64,000 nt of DNA from Opitutia bacterium. GTDB taxonomy: Bacteria > Verrucomicrobiota > Verrucomicrobiia > Opitutales > Seribacteraceae. The stretch lies in the NCBI GenBank assembly GCA_002694035.1, contig NZKY01000028.1:659-64658 (forward strand). The letters run 5' to 3'. The position numbers were made by a program, and so were the translations under genes. This document shows positions 56,589 to 64,000 of this stretch, piece after piece; position 1 is the first letter of the stretch, and each line of letters begins with the position of its first letter. Under the pieces are notes generated by a model. The model did no database searches. It was not told the DNA's origin and worked only from the letters and a program-made list of their open reading frames with translations.

Positions 56589-57893
56589 ATGAATATGAAC
56601 ACCTCTCTTTTTTCTGATGAATTAAAACGAAGAAGATTTATCTCCCTGGCTGCCAAGAGTTTTCTAGGTGTCAGTATTCTTCCATGGGCTCAGAGTAACC
56701 AACTAAATGCCGCGGGATTAGGTCTTAACCGACCTCTAAATCATGCACCCAAGGCTAAGAATGTCATTTATCTATATATGTCAGGAGGAATGACGCATAT
56801 GGATACATTCGATCCAAAACCTGGCACAGAAACGGGTGGACCCACCCAATCAATTAAGACTAATGCCGACGGAGTTCAACTCGCTGAAAACCTACCATTG
56901 CTCGCCAATCACGCAGATAAAATTGCAGTTATTCGTGGAATGACATCAACCAAAGGTGCTCATCAACAAGGTAATTATTTTATGCACACTAGCTACGCTC
57001 AAAGGTCTACCATTGTTCATCCTAGCATGGGTGCATGGATGACGCGTCTAGATGGCCGTTTTAATCCTACCCTACCAGGTGCCGTTGTGGTTAGTGGTGG
57101 AAGCAGACATCCATTATCTGGCTTTCTTTCAACAACACATCAGCCACTTGCTATTGGGAATCCGAATGAAGGCCTTAAAAATATTCGTAGGCTCTGGGGT
57201 ATGACAGAAGAAAAATTTGAAAAAGGACTCAGCCTTTCGCAAAAACTAGATAATACTTTCACCCAAAAATATAATTTGGATAAAGTAAATTCATACAGCG
57301 ATATGTATGATGATGCAGTTCGGTTGATGAAAAGCAAAGACTTGAAAGCATTTGATTTGAAAGAAGAGTCCCAGTCTACCCGCGAATCTTATGGTTCTGA
57401 TAATTTTGGCCAAGGTGTACTTCTTGCAAGACGATTGGTTGAAAGGCAGGTTCGTTTTGTTGAGGTTCAATTGGGTGGTTGGGATACACATCAAAATAAT
57501 TTTACTAGGGTTCCAGAAAGGTGTTCTATTTTAGACCAAGCTCTATCCGCCCTCTTGGATGATCTTTCCAAACGTGGTTTACTGGAAGAAACATTGGTTG
57601 TTTTAGCCACCGAATTTGGAAGAACACCAAATATCAATGTCAATGAAGGACGTGATCATTATCCTAAAGCTTTTTCTTGTATGCTTGCGGGCGGTGGAAT
57701 TCGTGGGGGACAAGTTTGGGGTGCCACAGATGAGGAAGGGCGTGAAGTAATTGAAAACAAAGTAGAAATTCCAGATTTTAATGCAACTATAGCCTACACA
57801 CTTGGCCTGCCTCTCGATGAAATTGTATTTTCTCCAACCCGTCGTCCATTTACACTTTCTGACAAAGGCAATCCCATCACCAGATTAATGTAA
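56589..57893 (+). CDS. DUF1501 domain protein with Tat signal
   Basis: KRRRFISLAAKSFLG; NVIYLYMSGGMTHMDTFDPKP, GGWDTH, ATEFGRTP, GRDHYP. Confidence 0.92.
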   Translation: MNMNTSLFSDELKRRRFISLAAKSFLGVSILPWAQSNQLNAAGLGLNRPLNHAPKAKNVIYLYMSGGMTHMDTFDPKPGTETGGPTQSIKTNADGVQLAENLPLLANHADKIAVIRGMTSTKGAHQQGNYFMHTSYAQRSTIVHPSMGAWMTRLDGRFNPTLPGAVVVSGGSRHPLSGFLSTTHQPLAIGNPNEGLKNIRRLWGMTEEKFEKGLSLSQKLDNTFTQKYNLDKVNSYSDMYDDAVRLMKSKDLKAFDLKEESQSTRESYGSDNFGQGVLLARRLVERQVRFVEVQLGGWDTHQNNFTRVPERCSILDQALSALLDDLSKRGLLEETLVVLATEFGRTPNINVNEGRDHYPKAFSCMLAGGGIRGGQVWGATDEEGREVIENKVEIPDFNATIAYTLGLPLDEIVFSPTRRPFTLSDKGNPITRLM

Positions 57894-58010
57894 GCAGTTT
57901 TACATTTAAGAATCTGTGTAAAAATCCTAAAAGGAATTATCTTTACCAAAGTTTATAAATAAGTTGGAATAAACTTTCACCCCAAAATATTCAACCCACC
58001 TATTAGTACT

Positions 58011-58613
58011 ATGAAGAAGTATTTCGCGTTAATCGTGTTCCTGCTTCCTGTTATCATGTCTGAAGCAAAAACAGAAAAACTAGATCCTGAAAACACCTTG
58101 ATCATTGAATTAAAAGACGGAAAAGTCATCATCGAACTCTTTGCCAAAGATGCACCTAAGCATGTTGAAAGAATTAAAACCTTGGCTAAAGCAGGTAAGT
58201 ATGACGGTGTAGTGTTTCATCGAGTCATCGAGGGTTTTATGGCCCAGACTGGAGATGTTGAATTTGGAAATTCTAAAGATTTCAACAAAAGAAGAGTAGG
58301 AACTGGTGGTTCTGACCAACCAGATTTAAAAGAGGAATTTAATAATAGAAAACACATTAAAGGCACCTGTTCTATGGCTCGTTCTTCTGATCCTAACAGT
58401 GCAAACAGCCAGTTCTTTATATGTTTTGACGATGCATCATTTCTAGACAAACAATACACTGTATGGGGTCAGGTTGTTGAGGGAATGGAGTATGTCGATA
58501 AAATTAAGTTAGGATCTAAATTAGATAATGGCTCAGTGGATGATCCTGATAAAATGATTAAAGTCTCGGTCGGTAAGGCAGATTTGAAAAAACTAGCAGC
58601 TGAAGAAAAATAA
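58011..58613 (+). CDS. Cyclophilin-type peptidyl-prolyl cis-trans isomerase (exported)
   Basis: FHRVIEGFMAQTGD, GTCSMARSSDPNSANSQFFI, YTVWGQVVEG. Confidence 0.95.
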   Translation: MKKYFALIVFLLPVIMSEAKTEKLDPENTLIIELKDGKVIIELFAKDAPKHVERIKTLAKAGKYDGVVFHRVIEGFMAQTGDVEFGNSKDFNKRRVGTGGSDQPDLKEEFNNRKHIKGTCSMARSSDPNSANSQFFICFDDASFLDKQYTVWGQVVEGMEYVDKIKLGSKLDNGSVDDPDKMIKVSVGKADLKKLAAEEK

Positions 58614-58630
58614 GATTTGGAGTTTTAAGC

Positions 58631-59383
58631 TTACAAAGAGGGACCAACAATTTCATCGCAGTTTAGATGATATAATCCGACGAAAAACTCTTCGTCCCAT
58701 CTTTCTTCAATAGTAATTTGCCCAATTACTCGAATAACTTCATCCATTAAAACTTCGACTCCCTCTTGAGATGATACCACTACCCAGCCATTAGGCTCCG
58801 GTGTTTGCCCAAAGCAACAACTCATTTGGTCAGGTAATAAAAGAAATTCCTTCACCAGATTATTTTCATTCACTATAGTTGGAATCATAAATCCTTCTAC
58901 GGCGACAAATTTACCGGTCTTTTCCCTGACTTCCTTTGGTACACGCTTAGCATAGGAAGCAAAATCAAATACTTTGCCGTCTGATTCCCAATTTACTTCG
59001 TATTTAAAATCCGTGAGATCTCGAAAAAGAATTTGGTTAAATTCACTACCCTCTTCAATTGGGGGCAACCTGCTGGGTATAATCTCTTGAGAAGAATTTT
59101 CTTCAAGATTTATAGGCACCCCATTAACCACTATGCCTTCCTCAATAATCCTTTCATTCGAAACCCTAGTTGCATTTTTATCAATGCTTTTCGCTTGTTC
59201 TTTAGCTAAATTAGTGCTCATTTCCTCCGTTGTATTTTTCTCTATAAATTGAGGAATAATCGGCTCTCCTATTGGCTCGCCAACAATAAAGGATTTTTGT
59301 TTTTGTTCTACTCTTTCATCTTCTGAACAACTTCCAAAAAAGAAAACCGAAGATAGCAAAAAAAGTATGATTAGAACAGGCAT
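58631..59383 (-). CDS. DUF3299 family lipoprotein
   Basis: FFFGSC lipobox; VAVEGFMIP, EFLLLPDQMSCCFGQTPEPNGWVVV. Confidence 0.75.
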   Translation of the reverse strand: MPVLIILFLLSSVFFFGSCSEDERVEQKQKSFIVGEPIGEPIIPQFIEKNTTEEMSTNLAKEQAKSIDKNATRVSNERIIEEGIVVNGVPINLEENSSQEIIPSRLPPIEEGSEFNQILFRDLTDFKYEVNWESDGKVFDFASYAKRVPKEVREKTGKFVAVEGFMIPTIVNENNLVKEFLLLPDQMSCCFGQTPEPNGWVVVSSQEGVEVLMDEVIRVIGQITIEERWDEEFFVGLYHLNCDEIVGPSL

Positions 59384-59464
59384 GGATTCATTAAGTTAAC
59401 TATAAGATCTAATCTCGCAAGTGATTAAGATAAGTCTTAAGAGAACAAAAGCCACTTAAAAAAT

Positions 59465-60682
59465 TCAGGAGGCGTGTTGTAAATTCTTGTTTATATCAAC
59501 CCGGTAAACTGAAAAAGAAGGTAGAATAGCACTTATCAGACCGAGAAGAATAATGGAAAGAAAAACAAAAACATAAGTGATATCAATATGAAAAGGCTCA
59601 AGTAATACACCCGTCTCTTCCCTGATATAATAAGATGACAAAGAGCTTGTTGTGAAATAGATGATTAATGAACCCAATCCACCCAACATGGAAATAATTA
59701 TGGATTGGGACATTACTACTTGGACTAAAAAAGATCTACTTGCACCCAAACAACGTAAAATGGCAAATTCGCGTTTTCTTTCATTGATTGAATTTTGTAA
59801 GATAGCTAACACCAGCATGCATGACATTAAACCGATCATATAAGCAACCCATTGTAAAATTTTCTCAAACCAGGTTAATCTTTTGAAAAAGTCTGCAATG
59901 GTTTTGTTAATTGGCCAGACCAAAGTAGCTTCATTACTTCGACGATTGTATTTAGAATATAAATCCATGGGTTCCCTAATTCCTTTTAAATTTAAAAGTA
60001 CGGCACTTACCGAATTTAAATATTCCTGAGCATGGCCCTCCATATGTTGAATCCCTTTAATTGGCACCCAAATCACCTTGTCTGCTGGAGTTCCTGTTGC
60101 CTCTAATATTCCAACTACAACATAAATATCATCATGCTTACTGGACTCTCTGAAGGTTAATCCATGATAAGGATGAAATTTATCCCCAATTTTCAGGCCT
60201 AATTTTGACGCCACAAATTTACCTACGAGAGCCTCTTTAGCGGAGTCTGAAAAAATACGGCCCTTCTCAATTTTATATTTATTACCAATCTTCCATTCGT
60301 GTTCCAAAAAAAGTTCGGATAATGTTCCTACTAGGCGATATCCCATGTAATTATCACCGACAGCAATTGGATAAGCTTCGCTTACTCCACGAGTTGATTT
60401 GATCAATTCGTACTCCTCCCAATCTAAATTACCGGGAGAAGCTTCCAGATGAAAAATCGAATTCAATACAAGTTGTAAACTTGAGCCTCTAGCTCCTAAA
60501 ACGGCATTAAATCCCCCAGATGAGTGAGTAAATGAATTTTCTGCTCCCTCTTTAACCTTCAAGGTACTCAAGAACAGACCTCCAGCAATAGCAATAGAAA
60601 AGGAAGCGACCAAAGAAGAACTCTTAAACTGTTTAAATCCGCGATAAGAAAGAAGGAACAAATTTCCAAAATGATTATTCAT
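59465..60682 (-). CDS. MacB/FtsX-like ABC permease (PA4065/ZrgC-like)
   Basis: VLGARGSSLQLVLNSIFHL, ERKREFAILRCLGASR. Confidence 0.85.
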   Translation of the reverse strand: MNNHFGNLFLLSYRGFKQFKSSSLVASFSIAIAGGLFLSTLKVKEGAENSFTHSSGGFNAVLGARGSSLQLVLNSIFHLEASPGNLDWEEYELIKSTRGVSEAYPIAVGDNYMGYRLVGTLSELFLEHEWKIGNKYKIEKGRIFSDSAKEALVGKFVASKLGLKIGDKFHPYHGLTFRESSKHDDIYVVVGILEATGTPADKVIWVPIKGIQHMEGHAQEYLNSVSAVLLNLKGIREPMDLYSKYNRRSNEATLVWPINKTIADFFKRLTWFEKILQWVAYMIGLMSCMLVLAILQNSINERKREFAILRCLGASRSFLVQVVMSQSIIISMLGGLGSLIIYFTTSSLSSYYIREETGVLLEPFHIDITYVFVFLSIILLGLISAILPSFSVYRVDINKNLQHAS

Positions 60683-60688
60683 TAAATA

Positions 60689-61354
60689 CTAATCTTGGTG
60701 ATTTATGTCCTGAAAATTGATCTTTTGATCAAAATTTTCGATGACCCTTTCGTCGTGAGTTACAGCTAATAAAGCGGTTTTAGTTTCTCTACAAAGTTCG
60801 CAAAGTAAATCAATTGCCTTGGTGGCATTATTTGCGTCTAAATTCCCAGTTGGCTCATCTGCAAGAACCAGTTTGGGTTTGCTTACTAAAGCTCTTGCCA
60901 GAGCAACTCTTTGTTGTTGACCGATTGAAAGCTGACTTGGCCTGTAAGAAATTCTATCTTCCAATCCTACCCGAACGAGTAATTCCTCTGCATATTCTTC
61001 ATCAAATTTTGAGGAAAAATACATAGGTAGTTTCAGATTTTCCAAACATGTTAAACCTTGAAGTAAATTGAATGACTGAAAGATGTATCCTATTGATGAT
61101 GTTCTAAAGTAATCCCTTTTTACAACATTCAACTTCGTTAAATCCTGCCCATCTAGTTTAATAGAGCCCGTGTCTGGTGTTAAAATGCCAGCAAGAAGAT
61201 GTAGAAAGGTTGTTTTACCGGAACCACTCTCTCCCATCATTCCACAAAATTCCGAATGGTTGAGCAAAAAACTGTCAACGGATACCACCTTAAAATTTTC
61301 ACCTTCTGGAGACAAAAAAGATTTTTCCAAACGATTTACCTCAAGCAATGACAT
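60689..61354 (-). CDS. ABC ATP-binding protein (LolD/MacB-type)
   Basis: GESGSGKTT, QLSIGQQQRVALARAL, ADEPTGNLD, VTHD. Confidence 0.92.
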   Translation of the reverse strand: MSLLEVNRLEKSFLSPEGENFKVVSVDSFLLNHSEFCGMMGESGSGKTTFLHLLAGILTPDTGSIKLDGQDLTKLNVVKRDYFRTSSIGYIFQSFNLLQGLTCLENLKLPMYFSSKFDEEYAEELLVRVGLEDRISYRPSQLSIGQQQRVALARALVSKPKLVLADEPTGNLDANNATKAIDLLCELCRETKTALLAVTHDERVIENFDQKINFQDINHQD

Positions 61355-61424
61355 TAAACACTTTTCAAGAAAAGCAATAGATTAGGCAAGCAGGATGATC
61401 AGTCTGTTTAATTTAAAAAGTTTA

Positions 61425-62795
61425 CTATGCCCACTGTATACCAAGTGACTTCGTAAGATCCAAAGCAAATTGAAATACTCGGAGACGCGATTTAATAGAT
61501 TTTCGGTTTGAATCTAAAAACTGTCTTTCGTCTTCTAGAAGTTCCAATTGAGACACTAACCCGGCTTCCAGTTTTGCTTTAGTTACTGCAAGTATGCTAC
61601 TGCTCTGTTGAGAACTTCTTAAGGCAATGGATAGTTCATTTTTACTCATGAGAAAAGATCTTGTAGCTGATTCAATTTCTTCTATGGCTAAATTGATCGA
61701 TGCTCTCCATTCTTCTTTAAAAACCTCGTTTTGAGCTGAAACCACGCTGAGTTCCGATTTTTTTCTCGGATTCCAAATGGGTAAATTGAGAACTGGACCA
61801 ATAGATGCTTTCCATTGCTCAAAAGGTTCAGACAAGTTAGAACTAAGAATAAAGCCAGAAGTCTGGAAGGATAAAGACGGGTAAAGATCATATTTCATGC
61901 TCTTTTCCAAGTATAAGTTTTCTCTAATCTTTGCTTCTTTCGCTTTTAGATCAGGTCGACTTTTTAAAGCGTTTGTAGGGAAAACTTTTGGCAATATAGG
62001 GAGTTTTATTTCAGAAAGTTTAGCAATTTTGGGAATATCGGAATTTAACTTATTGGATGTTAAATAATGTAAACGAAGTTTTGTAATTTCATAACGACGT
62101 AACAAACTAGCTTCTTCTAAAAGTAATTGATCAAATGCGACTTTCTGCCTCGAGAGGGTCGCATTATTTTCTTCTCCAACTTGAACTTTTTTTTCATAGA
62201 AATTTATACTTTTCTGATGGCTATTAATGGATTTTTTTAAAATATCGAGCTCCTCTTTTTGAGCAGCTAAAAGAATCCATGCATTTGCAATTTCATTTAC
62301 AAAGACTATCCTCGATGATTCCTTGATATATTCAGCCTCAATCAGGTGCATTTTTGCAGACTCCTTGAGCAACTTCCATTTTCCCCAAACATCAATTTCC
62401 CAGTTAAAAGAAGCACCCCCTTTCCAGCTTGGAATTGTTTTTTCTATAAAACCTGATTCTCTTGTTTTTTCCCTGCCTTCGCTCCAAGAAATTGTGCCTT
62501 CAATACTTGGCTTTGAACCTGAGATAGTTAAACCTAGCTCAGTTCTTACCACATTTACCTTTGCGAGCTGCACTTTCCAGCTATTGTTTTTTTGAAATCC
62601 GTTATGTACCAAACTTTCCAATCCCTCAATTTGAATAATCTTTTGAAAGGATGGAGGGGTAGATATGTTTGAATCTCCTTCTAAAGTTAAGGATTCTATT
62701 TTATCAGCCTGGTAAACATTATTAAGGGGTGAAATTTTTTTAGATGAGCAACCAAAAAGAATGCATCCAGATAAGAGTAATAACGACTTATTCAT
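61425..62795 (-). CDS. TolC/NodT family outer membrane efflux lipoprotein
   Basis: ILFGC lipobox; FNWEIDVWGK, RPDLKAKE, YDLYPSLS, LEAGLVSQLELL. Confidence 0.88.
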   Translation of the reverse strand: MNKSLLLLSGCILFGCSSKKISPLNNVYQADKIESLTLEGDSNISTPPSFQKIIQIEGLESLVHNGFQKNNSWKVQLAKVNVVRTELGLTISGSKPSIEGTISWSEGREKTRESGFIEKTIPSWKGGASFNWEIDVWGKWKLLKESAKMHLIEAEYIKESSRIVFVNEIANAWILLAAQKEELDILKKSINSHQKSINFYEKKVQVGEENNATLSRQKVAFDQLLLEEASLLRRYEITKLRLHYLTSNKLNSDIPKIAKLSEIKLPILPKVFPTNALKSRPDLKAKEAKIRENLYLEKSMKYDLYPSLSFQTSGFILSSNLSEPFEQWKASIGPVLNLPIWNPRKKSELSVVSAQNEVFKEEWRASINLAIEEIESATRSFLMSKNELSIALRSSQQSSSILAVTKAKLEAGLVSQLELLEDERQFLDSNRKSIKSRLRVFQFALDLTKSLGIQWA

Positions 62796-62812
62796 GATGC
62801 TAGATTGTCTTA

Positions 62813-63349
62813 TTAAATATTCAGAATTTGAATAGCTTCTGCATTCAAAATGATCGCCTCAGCTGTCGATTTCGTATTTAACTTTCCTCTAACCTTGATC
62901 TTTTTCCCAGAATCTATTCCAGAGACACCTTTTAGGCTTCCTTTAATTATCGAACCATCTACATCAAGAACTTGAACAGATATAGTCGAAGATAAAATCT
63001 TCTTTCGGTCTTCACAGCAGACATCCCATGGAGTGGGACAACTATCAACAGATTTTTCATCACATGTTTCCAAAGTATTATCACCAAGTATGAAAATTGC
63101 TCTATTCTCTGCGAATGGATTTTTTCTTCCTCCAATGAAACCTTCTACTATATAATCCTTCGTTGTGTCATTTGTGTCGCGAAATTCGCATACTGATATT
63201 GATGCTCCAAGGTCCTCAGAAAATTTAAAGCTATCTGGTATTTCGGCCAGAATAACTTTATTCTGGCTATTCTGATCGTTAGTACAACTACTCAAGTAAA
63301 ATGCTAAAATTACTTTTAAGACAAAGTTAGGAACTAATTTATTTTTCAT
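62813..63349 (-). CDS. Hypothetical lipoprotein with C-x7-CPTPWDxCC motif
   Basis: YLSSC lipobox; TCDEKSVDSCPTPWDVCCED; OB-like VEGFIGG ... IKVRG strands. Confidence 0.75.
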   Translation of the reverse strand: MKNKLVPNFVLKVILAFYLSSCTNDQNSQNKVILAEIPDSFKFSEDLGASISVCEFRDTNDTTKDYIVEGFIGGRKNPFAENRAIFILGDNTLETCDEKSVDSCPTPWDVCCEDRKKILSSTISVQVLDVDGSIIKGSLKGVSGIDSGKKIKVRGKLNTKSTAEAIILNAEAIQILNI

Positions 63350-63367
63350 AATTATAAGATGTAAAAA

Positions 63368-64000
63368 TTAAGATGATCGTAAAGTTTGTGGAAGGCTTGG
63401 CCGAAGAGATTTCCATGCAGGTGGGATAATTCCAATAATCCCTAGAATGATTCCAACGAGAAGCCCGATAGAAGAAACTGTATTGTTAATGTCTAGGGTA
63501 AACACACCAATAGAAAAAGGAAATGTATAACCCTGGATAAAAAGTAATCCGAATGTAATTGAAACTATTGAGGCAAAAATACCAATCGAAATGCCCTCCT
63601 GAAATAAACTAAAAAGTATTGCTTTTCTGGAAAAACCAATAGCCTGAAGAGTACCAAATTCTCTAATTCTTGCAGCCAAAGCTGCATAAAGCGTGTTAAG
63701 TCCACCAAAAAAAGCACCTGATGATATAAGAATCGCAGAAATCCAAGCCATCCATCTAATAGGAGAATAAAATGTAGACAGCTTTTGATAGTAATCGGAT
63801 TCTTTAAGAGCAACAAGTTCCAGATCCAAGCGTGTCTTAACAAAAGCCTCGGCATCATCAAATGATTCACTTGATTCGACAGCAAGAACAACACAAGAAA
63901 GAGAGTCACGTTGTGTAAAAGTCATTAAATCTTGAAGCGGCATCCAAATTTCTGCTTCCATGACCGTACCGATGGCATCAAAAATACCAACCACTTTTAA
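63368..64000 (-). CDS. FtsX/MacB-like ABC permease, partial (5' end beyond the window)
   Basis: Frame open to 64000 (...LKVVGIFDA); ARIREFGTLQAIGFSR. Confidence 0.85.
   Translation of the reverse strand, partial: LKVVGIFDAIGTVMEAEIWMPLQDLMTFTQRDSLSCVVLAVESSESFDDAEAFVKTRLDLELVALKESDYYQKLSTFYSPIRWMAWISAILISSGAFFGGLNTLYAALAARIREFGTLQAIGFSRKAILFSLFQEGISIGIFASIVSITFGLLFIQGYTFPFSIGVFTLDINNTVSSIGLLVGIILGIIGIIPPAWKSLRPSLPQTLRSS

Noticed and set aside
57948-57977. Inverted repeat AAAGTTTAT-N12-ATAAACTTT upstream of the cyclophilin
   Set aside because: AT-only arms, long loop and no U-tract; likely chance or too weak to call.
1-64000. tRNA, rRNA, transposase, integrase, prophage or defence genes
   Set aside because: None recognised; intergenic gaps are short (mostly under about 210 nt) and no ORF has such motifs. 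A covariance-model scan was not run.

Overview
Gene-dense, AT-rich (roughly high-30s % GC by eye, not computed) bacterial window with about 50 CDSs. It is most likely from a marine Verrucomicrobiota (Opitutales-like) genome; this is inferred from two DUF1549/DUF1553 + DUF1501 pairs, paired S1 sulfatases and TPR-ExbB-ExbD clusters. I recognised no rRNA, tRNA, CRISPR array or mobile element. From left to right: (1) a secreted beta-propeller-like gene missed by the ORF track, a MYG1-family gene and a 5'-truncated, frameshifted SulP remnant; (2) a sugar/sulfate locus with 2 sulfatases, a ketose-3-epimerase-like TIM barrel, IclR, a cytochrome c-DUF1549-(sugar-binding-like insert)-DUF1553 protein and DUF1501; (3) rlmN; (4) a long minus-strand run of a Yej/Opp-type ABC importer, three TPR-like envelope proteins, ExbB, 2x ExbD, a VOC protein and DUF1080; (5) a divergent oppABC + fused ATPase operon; (6) a sigma54-promoter-led circularly permuted ATP-grasp / alpha-E / transglutaminase operon; (7) an OGG1-like glycosylase, a small charge-segregated protein, 2 Gfo/Idh/MocA oxidoreductases and a TIM-barrel isomerase; (8) a metal-homeostasis region with DtxR/MntR, TroABCD-type ABC, HupE/UreJ, a DUF2946-like CxxC leader ORF, a Met/His-rich outer-membrane barrel, MFS and a TonB-dependent receptor; (9) a second DUF1549/1553 + DUF1501 pair and a cyclophilin; (10) a TolC + MacB-type ABC + DUF3299 + Cys-motif lipoprotein operon running off the right edge. 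Top leads: a CruR-like CxxC/polyproline upstream ORF with switch-like hairpins ahead of the Met-rich barrel; canonical EF-hand pairs inserted in an ABC permease and in a TPR lipoprotein of the same gene run; the TonB-less TPR3-ExbB-ExbD2 module; and the Cys-motif TolC/MacB/DUF3299 system. All family calls come from recognising motifs by eye; no database search was run.
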